A DNA stretch of 64,000 nt. Origin: a virus. The notes below the pieces were generated by a model, which was not told where the DNA came from, made no database searches, and saw nothing but the letters and a program-made list of their open reading frames with translations. Position 1 is the stretch's first letter; every line of letters starts with the position of its first letter. This document shows positions 56,483 to 63,982 of the stretch, piece after piece. The stretch is taken from IMG/VR virus record IMGVR_UViG_3300042482_000285; one strand, written 5' to 3'. A program made the position numbers and the translations under genes.

Positions 56483-57246
56483 GAATAGCAAATAACCAAA
56501 CTGTATCGTTTAACAATCTGCAGGATGCTGTGACAAATGGTTATTTTGTTGCTCTTGCAGCTATTCCTGCAAGCCAAGAACAAATCACCAAAACAGATGC
56601 TTCCACATATGCAAATATTGATACCGCATATGGTCCATATGCAGCTAAAGCAAGCAACCAGCTTGTTGTAAAAAGCAACCTCAGACCAATAAGTTATGCC
56701 TACACCATCTACTACGAGGAAGCTTGTTACTATGATGGATTTTATATTGAGGGAGGTGCTGCAAGTGGTGACATAGCGTGTGGTAACACTCTCACTATAA
56801 CACTATACAGTCCTGTTTCATCATTTGCAAACGGGATGAAACTATTCTATGATTCAGCATGTAGCAATCCTTGGTATGGAGATACAGGAGGATGTGGTCA
56901 GTATTATAAAGTGATTATTGCTGGATCTTCATACTCGTTCACCTATCCAAACTCAGGCTCAACTGTTCAGAATTTAACACCTTGCGCTCTCCCATGTGAA
57001 TGTTATGTTCTTTACAACGATGACAATATTGATATTTCAATATCTTTCTACGAGTGTGGTGGAAGCACAACAACTCCTGAATGTTTAACTTGTGCTGCGG
57101 CTTCTCAAATATATATATGTGTACAGGGAGGTCAAGGTAATAACTACTTCGTTAGCTATGGTACAAACTGTGCAGGTGGTCCTGTTCCTGCTTTTACACT
57201 TGTAGCTTTAGGAACAAACTGTACAACAGGCGGTGATTGTATCTAA
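56470..57246 (+). CDS. Hypothetical fibre-associated protein (258 aa), Cys-rich C-terminus
   Basis: ATG embedded in the last 13 nt of the fibre gene (translational coupling); contains CECYVLYND...CLTCAAAS. Confidence 0.5.
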   Translation: MSWVGIANNQTVSFNNLQDAVTNGYFVALAAIPASQEQITKTDASTYANIDTAYGPYAAKASNQLVVKSNLRPISYAYTIYYEEACYYDGFYIEGGAASGDIACGNTLTITLYSPVSSFANGMKLFYDSACSNPWYGDTGGCGQYYKVIIAGSSYSFTYPNSGSTVQNLTPCALPCECYVLYNDDNIDISISFYECGGSTTTPECLTCAAASQIYICVQGGQGNNYFVSYGTNCAGGPVPAFTLVALGTNCTTGGDCI

Positions 57247-57292
57247 ATAATTCAAAACTTTTTAATAACTTTGTAAAATAAAACAATAAACA

Positions 57293-57667
57293 ATGGCAAA
57301 TTCTTGGAACACTCTTCACATTTTCGGTTTTGGAACTGTGCAAGCAATCTCTGACACACAGAACGTACAGGCTCCTATATCAGCTTTTCAGGCTGAAGTG
57401 GATGCTGTAGTGAATGATGTATGGAACAACAAACCTGCAGGATATACAGGTCCTAAAACTTTCCATGCTATCAACAACTTTGATGGTCTTTTCTCTGACT
57501 GGCTTCCTAATGAACCTAACGTAGAATCATTCAGAGTTCAGGCAGCTGACTTAGATCAATCTTTGTTAGATGCATTGGCAGATGGCGTACTTGCTTATGT
57601 TCCTCCTACCACAACGACCACTACCACTAAGAATATCACTACCACTAGCACAACAACGGCTAAATAA
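57293..57667 (+). CDS. Small protein (124 aa) with a C-terminal poly-Thr tail
   Basis: Ends PPTTTTTTTKNITTTSTTTAK; candidate TAACTTTG box 20 nt upstream (57266-57273). Confidence 0.45.
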   Translation: MANSWNTLHIFGFGTVQAISDTQNVQAPISAFQAEVDAVVNDVWNNKPAGYTGPKTFHAINNFDGLFSDWLPNEPNVESFRVQAADLDQSLLDALADGVLAYVPPTTTTTTTKNITTTSTTTAK

Positions 57668-57674
57668 ACATTAA

Positions 57675-57706
57675 TTTGGAAGTGTAATCTGTAGGTTTTA
57701 CCTTTG
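57675..57706 (+). promoter_or_regulatory. Candidate Bacteroidota-type promoter of the glycosylation operon (TTTG -N20- TACCTTTG)
   Basis: TTTG at 57675-57678 and TACCTTTG at 57699-57706, a perfect match to TTTG-N19-21-TAnnTTTG. It lies 15 nt upstream of the ATG at 57721 and is embedded in an imperfect hairpin GTAGGTTTTA/TAAACCCTAC (57691-57718). Confidence 0.4.
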
Positions 57707-57720
57707 TATAAACCCTACAT

Positions 57721-58602
57721 ATGAACATTATATTCCAAATCAATGGTGGTATAGGAAAGTGCATACTGGCAACATCTGTATGTGAAGCTATCAAGGCGCA
57801 ACATCCTGATAGTCAATTAATTGTAATGAGCGGTTACCCAGAGGTGTTTTTAAACAACCCCTTTGTGGACCGCTCATTTGCATTTGGTCAAGCCCAATAC
57901 TTCTATCAAGACTTTATTGAGAACAAGGAGTTCAAGGTGCTTGCACACGATCCCTACCTAGAAACAGCACATCTATTGCAGAATGAACATTTGTCCAAAA
58001 CCTGGGCAGAGATGTTTAACATCAAGGCTCCTGAGGATGTCACACCAAAGATATACATCACAGAAAGAGAGAAAACATTCTTCTCTAGTAAGTTTAACTC
58101 TGATGCCCCCATCCTCCTTATACAAACTAATGGTGGTGCGCAGGGACAAGAGCTTAGATATTCATGGGCTAGGGATATTCCTACAAACATTGTACAGGCT
58201 GTTATAGAAGAGTTTAAGAACACACATAACATTGTACACATAAGGCGTGAGGATCAAATAGGATATGAATTTACCACTCCTGTTACAGATAACTTCAGAG
58301 CGCTAGCTGTTCTTGTATCTCTCAGTGACAAACGTTTGCTCATGGACAGCTTTGGTCAGCACACAGCTGCTGCTCTAAACAAACCTTCTACAGTGCTTTG
58401 GGTAGCTAACACACCTGTGGTGTTTGGATATGATGTACATGATAACATTCTAGCCAACCCATTTACCAAAAGACCTGAGCTTAAACATTCTTATTTTCAG
58501 AAGTTTGACATCTCTGGAAACCTATTGGAGTTTCCTTACAACAATGAGTCTGAGATGTTTGACGTTGATAAGGTGATTGCATCTATTAAAAACCAAAAAT
58601 AA
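57721..58602 (+). CDS. GT9-family (LPS heptosyltransferase-like) glycosyltransferase
   Basis: N-terminus IIFQINGGIGKCILATSVCEAIKAQHPDSQLIVMS resembles the GT9 opening (ILVIrlsslGDvilttP.l.alk..yP.a.i..l). C-terminal MDSFGQHTAAALNKPSTVLW resembles the GT9 GnDSGpmHLAaAlg.P.V.lfG motif. Confidence 0.6.
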   Translation: MNIIFQINGGIGKCILATSVCEAIKAQHPDSQLIVMSGYPEVFLNNPFVDRSFAFGQAQYFYQDFIENKEFKVLAHDPYLETAHLLQNEHLSKTWAEMFNIKAPEDVTPKIYITEREKTFFSSKFNSDAPILLIQTNGGAQGQELRYSWARDIPTNIVQAVIEEFKNTHNIVHIRREDQIGYEFTTPVTDNFRALAVLVSLSDKRLLMDSFGQHTAAALNKPSTVLWVANTPVVFGYDVHDNILANPFTKRPELKHSYFQKFDISGNLLEFPYNNESEMFDVDKVIASIKNQK

Positions 58603-58603
58603 T

Positions 58604-59422
58604 ATGGAGAAGATATTCTATCAGAGCTCACTTCCAAGAGCTGGGTCTACGTTATTGCAGAACATATTAGCACAGAACCCAGACGTATATGCTACACCTA
58701 CAAGTGGTGTGCTTGAGCTTGTGTTTGCAGCCAGGGCTAATTACACAGACTCTCCTGAGTTTCAAGCACAAGATCCAGAGGTAATGAAAACAGCTTTTCA
58801 AGCTTTCTGTAAACATGGCATGGACGCTTATTACAATGCTATTACAGATAAGAAGTATGTTGTTGATAAATCTCGTGGATGGGGTATACACTATGACTTC
58901 CTTAACTTTGTTCAACCTGATCCAAAGATCATATGCATGGTGAGAGACCTCAGAGATGTATTTGCTTCTATGGAAAACAACTATAGAAAGCATCCTGATA
59001 AGGCTAATGCTATTCTCAACTGGGCACAGATGACTGGAACAACAGTTCCTAAACGTATAGACATCTGGGCACAATCTCAACCTATTGGTCTTGCTATCGA
59101 GAGGTTGGGTGAGCTCTTTAGACTAGGATATGCAGACAAAATACTCTTTGTTAAGTTTGAAGACCTATGTCTCTATCCTGAGACAGAGATGACAAGGATA
59201 TATCAATACCTTGGCATCCCATATTTCAAGCACGACTTTGACAACATTGAGCAAGTGACTAAGGAAGATGATGAAGTGTATGGTCAGTTTGGTGACCACG
59301 TGATTAGAAAGAAACTTGAGCCTGTACAGTCTAGAGCTAAGCAGCTCCTTGGTAAGGATGTAACAGATTGGATTTACACAAACTACAAATGGTTCTTTGA
59401 TCAATTCAGATATAGCAAATGA
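58604..59422 (+). CDS. PAPS-dependent sulfotransferase
   Basis: 5'-PSB motif LPRAGSTLLQNIL (P-K/R-x-G-S/T-T). 3'-PB motif MVRDLRDVFASM (R-D/N-P/L-R-D...S). The ATG at 58604 directly follows the upstream stop, so the track start at 58577 was rejected. Confidence 0.7.
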   Translation: MEKIFYQSSLPRAGSTLLQNILAQNPDVYATPTSGVLELVFAARANYTDSPEFQAQDPEVMKTAFQAFCKHGMDAYYNAITDKKYVVDKSRGWGIHYDFLNFVQPDPKIICMVRDLRDVFASMENNYRKHPDKANAILNWAQMTGTTVPKRIDIWAQSQPIGLAIERLGELFRLGYADKILFVKFEDLCLYPETEMTRIYQYLGIPYFKHDFDNIEQVTKEDDEVYGQFGDHVIRKKLEPVQSRAKQLLGKDVTDWIYTNYKWFFDQFRYSK

Positions 59423-59847
59423 TTATAGTATTATTCGGACAGCCACACAGTGGTAAGACAACATTAGCAAACCAGTTTGCAGGTCATGTTAACATTGATG
59501 GAGACCAACTTAGAAAGATTTTTGAAAACAAAGACTACTCTAGGGAAGGAAGAATCAAGAACCTAAATAGGGCTAGTGACATTGCTCACTATCTCAACAG
59601 TGTAGGTAAGAGTGTAACCCTATCTCTAGTCTATCCTTATAAAGAAGCTAGAGACTACCTGAACAGTTTAACACCTAATGTAAGATGGGTATATTTACAC
59701 TATGATGGTGAGAGAGGAAGAGAAGGATTCCATGTAGGAGATTTTGATAAACCTGGAGATGATGAACAGGTTATGCAACTTAACACCTCTGCTACGTCTG
59801 TAAAAGAATGTTATACCACAATATACAATTGGGCATATGGTGAATAA
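59419..59847 (+). CDS. cysC: Adenylylsulfate (APS) kinase-like P-loop kinase
   Basis: P-loop LFGQPHSGKTTLA followed by NIDGDQLRKIF...REGRIKNLNRASDIAHYLNSVGKSVTLSLVYPYKEAR. This parallels the CysC pattern LDGDNVRHGL...DRKENIRRVGEVAKL..AG.VVL.AFISPhR.eR. Overlaps the upstream stop (ATGA). Confidence 0.65.
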   Translation: MIIVLFGQPHSGKTTLANQFAGHVNIDGDQLRKIFENKDYSREGRIKNLNRASDIAHYLNSVGKSVTLSLVYPYKEARDYLNSLTPNVRWVYLHYDGERGREGFHVGDFDKPGDDEQVMQLNTSATSVKECYTTIYNWAYGE

Positions 59848-60202
59848 CGTTCATGAGTGTCCTGAGTGTAAGATAGCCAAGGGTTGGGGACATGAGCTTA
59901 TTATTCATAACTCTGAAAAGTATTGTGGTAAGCTACTAGTATTCAAGGCTGGATGTAAGTTCTCTATGCATTATCACCTACTCAAACAGGAGACATGGTA
60001 TGTAAACAAAGGAACATTCATCTACCGATGGATAGATACTAATCAGGGGACAGAGCTTTCCACTCGTTTGGCTGTTGGAGATGTTGTTACACAATACCCA
60101 GGACAACCACATCAGCTTGAGGCTCTAAAGGATGGGGAGATATTTGAGGTGAGCACACAACACTTTGACTCAGACAGCTATAGAATATGGAAGGGAGATT
60201 AA
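59837..60202 (+). CDS. Cupin-fold small protein (121 aa); candidate sugar-phosphate isomerase or epimerase
   Basis: Two-motif cupin signature: G-x5-H-x-H (WGHELIIH...MHYH) and G...Q.P..H.LE. 11-nt overlap with the upstream gene. Confidence 0.45.
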   Translation: MVNNVHECPECKIAKGWGHELIIHNSEKYCGKLLVFKAGCKFSMHYHLLKQETWYVNKGTFIYRWIDTNQGTELSTRLAVGDVVTQYPGQPHQLEALKDGEIFEVSTQHFDSDSYRIWKGD

Positions 60203-60489
60203 CAATATATGTAGACATTGATGGCACAATATGCCACACAGATGGTAATAAATACAGTGAATGTGTTCCCATCCATGAGAACATAGCTAAGATAAATAAA
60301 CTGTATGATGAGGGACATGAGATAGTATATTACACAGCTAGAGGTCAAAGGTCAGATGTTGATTATACAAAGCTGACAACCAAACAGCTGTACGATTGGA
60401 ACTGTAAATACTCAAAGGTGGTGATGAATCATAAACCTGCCTACGACCTAATGATATGTGATAAAACAAAAAGAATAGAAGAGATATGA
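60187..60489 (+). CDS. Minimal HAD-like phosphatase (100 aa); candidate heptose-1,7-bisphosphate phosphatase (GmhB role)
   Basis: HAD motif I IYVDIDGTI (DxDGT). Later YYTARGQ (motif II Thr), HKPAYDLMICDKT (Lys and Asp of motifs III/IV). Unusually short. Overlaps the upstream gene by 16 nt. Confidence 0.4.
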   Translation: MEGRLTIYVDIDGTICHTDGNKYSECVPIHENIAKINKLYDEGHEIVYYTARGQRSDVDYTKLTTKQLYDWNCKYSKVVMNHKPAYDLMICDKTKRIEEI

Positions 60490-60887
60490 GAATATGGGTG
60501 AATGGAGCTTTTGACATCCTGCATATAGGACACATTAAGCTTCTTAAACATGCAGCAGCTATGGGCTACCTTAGAGTGGGGATAGATACAGACAAGAGAA
60601 TAAAAGAGCTAAAGGGTCCCAACAGACCCTTTAATTGTTTTAGCACAAGAAAGGAAATGTTAGAATCTCTACGCTTTGTAGACGAGGTGGTGGGGTTTGG
60701 TGGTGAGCAGGAGCTCATAGATGAGATTAAACTTTATCAACCAGATGTGATGGTGATTGGATCTGACTACAGGAATAAGAGGATTGTTGGATCGGAATTT
60801 ATAAACAAAATTGTTTACTTTGACAGGGTGGAGAATATGTCCACCACATCAATACTAGAATATGAAAAAGATAGTGGTAATAGGTGA
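60486..60887 (+). CDS. hldC: D-glycero-beta-D-manno-heptose 1-phosphate adenylyltransferase (HldE domain II / HldC-like cytidylyltransferase fold)
   Basis: WVNGAFDILHIGHIKLLKHAAAMG...LRVGIDTDKRIKELKGPNRP...EVVGFGGEQELIDEIKLYQPDVMVIGSDY matches the RfaE-II consensus (vftNGcFDilHaGHv.yL..Ar.lGd.LiVgvNsD.Sv.rlKG..RPv...VD.Vv.F.e.TP..Li....PdvlVKGgDY). ATGA overlap with the upstream gene. Confidence 0.8.
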   Translation: MRIWVNGAFDILHIGHIKLLKHAAAMGYLRVGIDTDKRIKELKGPNRPFNCFSTRKEMLESLRFVDEVVGFGGEQELIDEIKLYQPDVMVIGSDYRNKRIVGSEFINKIVYFDRVENMSTTSILEYEKDSGNR

Positions 60888-61599
60888 GCTCTGCCATGAT
60901 GTGTTTGTATATGGGGAATGCAAAAGGCTGAGCCCAGAAGCACCCGTTCCTGTATTCAATCCTATACATAGTGTAGAGAATCTAGGAATGGCTGGGAATG
61001 TTGTGGCTAACATCAACACTATTGATTCTAACATAGGAATATCTTTCTATCACAGCCTAGAGAAGATAACCAAGACTAGGTATGTAGATAAGAAAACCAA
61101 CCATCTATTCCTTAGGGTGGATGATGAACCACGTGTGAACAGAATACATATATCAGAGACACTTATTTCTGAGATAAAGGAAGCAGATGCTGTAGTGGTT
61201 AGTGATTACAACAAAGGGTTTCTGTCTGAAGATGACCTGTATACAATATCAAAACTTGCAAGATTTGCAATAGTTGACACTAAGAAGAGGATGAATCCCA
61301 TCCACCTATCACATTTCAACTTCATCAAAATAAATGAACATGAGGCTAATCAGGGAGTTGCTGATGAACTTAAAGAAAAGACTATTGTAACACTTGGTCC
61401 AAAAGGAGCAATGTATATGGATACATTATACCCATCTCCACACCCTAAGGAAACTATAGATGTGTCAGGAGCTGGTGATACATTCCTAGCAGCATTTGTC
61501 ACTAAGTATTTGGAGACAGAAGATGTTAATATTTCTATTACCTTTGCAAATAAGATGAGCGCTATTGTTGTATCAAAAAGAGGCGTAGCTACACCATGA
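60862..61599 (+). CDS. hldA: PfkB-family sugar kinase, HldE domain I-like (D-glycero-beta-D-manno-heptose 7-phosphate kinase)
   Basis: The N-terminus KKIVVIGELCHDVFVYGECKRLSPEAPVPVF parallels HldE (ilVvGDvmLDrY..G...RiSPEAPVPVv). PfkB anion-hole/catalytic motif DVSGAGDTFLAAF. 26-nt overlap with hldC. Confidence 0.7.
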   Translation: MKKIVVIGELCHDVFVYGECKRLSPEAPVPVFNPIHSVENLGMAGNVVANINTIDSNIGISFYHSLEKITKTRYVDKKTNHLFLRVDDEPRVNRIHISETLISEIKEADAVVVSDYNKGFLSEDDLYTISKLARFAIVDTKKRMNPIHLSHFNFIKINEHEANQGVADELKEKTIVTLGPKGAMYMDTLYPSPHPKETIDVSGAGDTFLAAFVTKYLETEDVNISITFANKMSAIVVSKRGVATP

Positions 61600-62456
61600 A
61601 AGTATTGATTACAGGAACTAAAGGATTTATAGGAGGCAATCTCTGGAAGCATTTTGATGACCCGTTGGTGATTAATGAAAACTTTTTTCTTGAACCAGAA
61701 TGGCCTGGGCTTTTACATAAAGCATTGAACAACCATTCACCAGATGTTGTGTTCCACGTAGGCGCTTGTTCCAACACTCTAGAGACAGATGTTAATTACA
61801 TCATGAATCTAAACTTCCAATGTACAAAGCTACTGATGGATTGGTGCAAACGTGGTGGTAAACCTATGATATATTCATCCTCTGCAGCATCCTATGGAAC
61901 AAATGGACAATACCCATCCAACCTATATGGCTGGAGTAAGTATGTAGCTGAGCAATATGTAATTAGCAACGGTGGTGTAGCACTTAGATACTTCAATGTA
62001 TATGGACCAGGAGAAGAGCACAAGGGTAACATGGCTTCTATGGTCTACCAGATGTTTAAAGCAGGAGAAGCTAAGCTATTTCCTGGTGAGCCTCAACGTG
62101 ATTTCATATATGTGGATGATGTTGTACTTGCCAACCTACATGCATTGGCACACTATGATGTGCTATCAGGAAAGAAATATGATGTAGGACTTGGAGAAGC
62201 ACACACCTTTGAGTATATTGCAAATGTATTAGAGATTCCATACACATACCATGACTCATCAGCTATACCAGAAGGATATCAATTCTACACATGTAGCAAT
62301 CCTAGAAACTGGATGCCTGGTTGGGCACCAGAATATTCAATAAAAACAACACTACAATTATGCAAAACGTATTGGCAAAAGCTGCTCACAAATCAGGACA
62401 ATGGGCAATGTTCATCGGAAGATGGCAACCGTGGCACGAAGGACACAGATGGTTAA
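61596..62456 (+). CDS. hldD: ADP-L-glycero-D-manno-heptose 6-epimerase
   Basis: Rossmann [22 protein letters not shown]...[21 protein letters not shown] (YxxxK) and [22 protein letters not shown]...[16 protein letters not shown] align near-identically in pattern with E. coli HldD (HEGACSST...[43 protein letters not shown]...LFEGSENFKRDFVYVGDV). Confidence 0.85.
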   Translation: [286 protein letters not shown]

Positions 62457-62746
62457 TTGACCAAGCATTTAACGAGGATAAGAAAGTGCTCCTCTGTATA
62501 AGAGATGTACCTGTGGATGAGAAGAATCCTTGGTCTGCTATTGAGGTGATGATGAACCTCACTAACGAATTAATAGACTTAATTGAAGAAGGAAGACTTA
62601 AAATTATTATTATACCTGATATTGAATCTATCAATATTGGTAGGGGTATTGGTTATGATGTTATAGAACATGTACCGCCTCAAGATATACATGATATATC
62701 TGCTACAAAGATTCGTGAACAAATGAAAGCTGAGGGTAAGTTATGA
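62360..62746 (+). CDS. NadM/NMNAT-like (HxGH) nucleotidyltransferase, about 128 aa
   Basis: AMFIGRWQPWHEGHRWLIDQAF...KVLLCI matches the archaeal-type NMNAT / cytidylyltransferase signature GRFQPFHKGH followed by EIIIGIGSA. The track ORF begins at 62321 inside hldD. Internal ATGs at 62360 or 62408 are more plausible starts. Confidence 0.45.
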   Translation: MQNVLAKAAHKSGQWAMFIGRWQPWHEGHRWLIDQAFNEDKKVLLCIRDVPVDEKNPWSAIEVMMNLTNELIDLIEEGRLKIIIIPDIESINIGRGIGYDVIEHVPPQDIHDISATKIREQMKAEGKL

Positions 62747-62967
62747 TGGTAGAAAGGAAACGACATATAGCTAAGACTATTAGTTATCGTCTCATCAGTA
62801 CACTCATTGGTGTGCTCACTATGTTTATTGTAACAGGATCTATGAAAGCAGGAGCTGCATTTGGTGTAGCTGAGCTGTTGTGGAAGCCTGTACAATACTA
62901 CATCCACGAACGTATTTGGTATAAGTGGATTAGATATGGCTTAAAAGGGCAAAAACAACCTGACTAG
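62743..62967 (+). CDS. DUF2061-like small membrane protein (74 aa)
   Basis: RKRHIAKTISYRLISTLIGVLTMFIVTGSMKAGAAFGVAELLWKPVQYYIHERIWYKW fits the DUF2061 pattern as I recall it (K.ISWR..GTL.TF.I...vTGS...a.......e...K.vlYYlHER.W). This family is often adjacent to or fused with APS kinase. The 3' end overlaps the convergent minus-strand gene by 38 nt. Confidence 0.4.
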   Translation: MMVERKRHIAKTISYRLISTLIGVLTMFIVTGSMKAGAAFGVAELLWKPVQYYIHERIWYKWIRYGLKGQKQPD

Positions 62968-63982
62968 CATCTATCTTCTGGTGGCATTCAAACTGTCTGT
63001 CTGTTCCCTTGTGTTCAGGACACCAGTCCCAATCTCCTGGATCAAACTTATATTCAGCTTTGTTCCAACATCCGTGGCATACATTCTTGTTGTCAATCCT
63101 AATGCATTGAAACTCATGGTCTGCTTCTGTGAAGTTGGAGATCATCACCACCTTCTTGTCAAGAGCCCAGGCTAACCAGCTAAGTCCACTAGACAGTCCT
63201 ATGAATATCTTACTGTGATGGATAATGTTCATGGTGTTCTCTATGGATGTATCCTCTATCTGCTCACAGTTGTCAAAAGGATTCTTCTCCTTAGATACAT
63301 TAATCACCTTGTATCCTTTCTCATGCAGGAAGTTTATCACTAGCTGCCATCCCTCTTTGGTCCAGAACTTACAACCAGTTGTAGAATTGGTGGCTATTGT
63401 AACATATTTACCATATAAATTGTTACCAGGAGTGAATGCAATTCTTGGTTTAAGTTCTTGAAACTCAAGACCTAAGATGTTGGTAGCTGCCTCTTGGAGC
63501 TTTACAGTGTTACACAAAGCTGGTTCCTTGTCAGGATTGTAAAACCAACCTATGTTATACATACCAAATATACCATCAGCCTTCTGACCAGGTTCAATAA
63601 ACTCAATCTCTGGGTAGACATCTTTGAACAAGAAGTTCTTAAACGTACTCACTATTACATGGCAGTTGTGCTTCTTCTTAAACTCAAGAACATATGGCAT
63701 CCATGCTATACTATCTCCTAGAGACTTGCTGTCAAATGCTATGTACACACGCTTACCTGTGTAGTCTAGGGTGTATTCGTAATAGGGCTCATCATCTTTC
63801 CATATCTTAATGGTCCACTTGGTAAACCACCTCCTGTTGAGCTTAATCCAATTCTGCACACCTATTGTGTTCCTATAGTGACACACACCTTCCTCATCAT
63901 GATATTCCACCCTGAACTTGCTCTTAGACCTTCCCTTGATTTCAAGAAACGGTTCTAGAATAAAGTTGTGATCAATTGTCAC
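62930..63982 (-). CDS. TibC/AAH-like autotransporter-adhesin-type protein O-heptosyltransferase (BAHT family), probably N-terminally incomplete at the window edge
   Basis: SLGDSIAWMPYVLEFKKKHNCHV parallels TibC TLGDLLGWFPYAERFQSLHKCRL. IGLSSGLSWLAWALDKKVVMISNFTEADHEF parallels IGLPSGLSWLAWATRIPVVLISGFSLPNSEF. CHGCWNKAEYKFDPGDWDWCPEHKGTDRQFECHQ parallels the TibC iron-finger CYGCWDD...FLWCPRHKNTDRQFEC (TibC sequence recalled from memory). It is the only credible minus-strand gene. The first in-window codon is GTG and the frame stays open to nt 64000. Confidence 0.8.
   Translation of the reverse strand: MTIDHNFILEPFLEIKGRSKSKFRVEYHDEEGVCHYRNTIGVQNWIKLNRRWFTKWTIKIWKDDEPYYEYTLDYTGKRVYIAFDSKSLGDSIAWMPYVLEFKKKHNCHVIVSTFKNFLFKDVYPEIEFIEPGQKADGIFGMYNIGWFYNPDKEPALCNTVKLQEAATNILGLEFQELKPRIAFTPGNNLYGKYVTIATNSTTGCKFWTKEGWQLVINFLHEKGYKVINVSKEKNPFDNCEQIEDTSIENTMNIIHHSKIFIGLSSGLSWLAWALDKKVVMISNFTEADHEFQCIRIDNKNVCHGCWNKAEYKFDPGDWDWCPEHKGTDRQFECHQKIDASQVVFALLSHI

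Noticed and set aside
58577-58603. Track start (MHLLKTKNN) for the sulfotransferase, overlapping the GT9 gene
   Set aside because: ATG at 58604 lies immediately after the upstream stop and precedes the MEKIFYQSSLPRAGST PAPS-binding N-terminus. That is the simpler coupling arrangement.
60187-60489. HAD ORF as a 5'(3')-deoxyribonucleotidase (NT5C-like) rather than a heptose phosphatase
   Set aside because: It is not firmly rejected. However, the 100-aa length is far below NT5C size and the operon context (kinase, adenylyltransferase, epimerase) favours a GmhB-like role. It is kept as a low-confidence GmhB-like call.
62321-62359. Upstream ATG start (MGTRIFNKNNTTI...) for the HxGH nucleotidyltransferase, overlapping hldD by about 136 nt
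   Set aside because: The first 13 residues are low-complexity and the overlap is long. Internal ATGs at 62360 or 62408 give a compact protein whose conserved GRWQPWHEGH motif sits at the expected N-terminal position.
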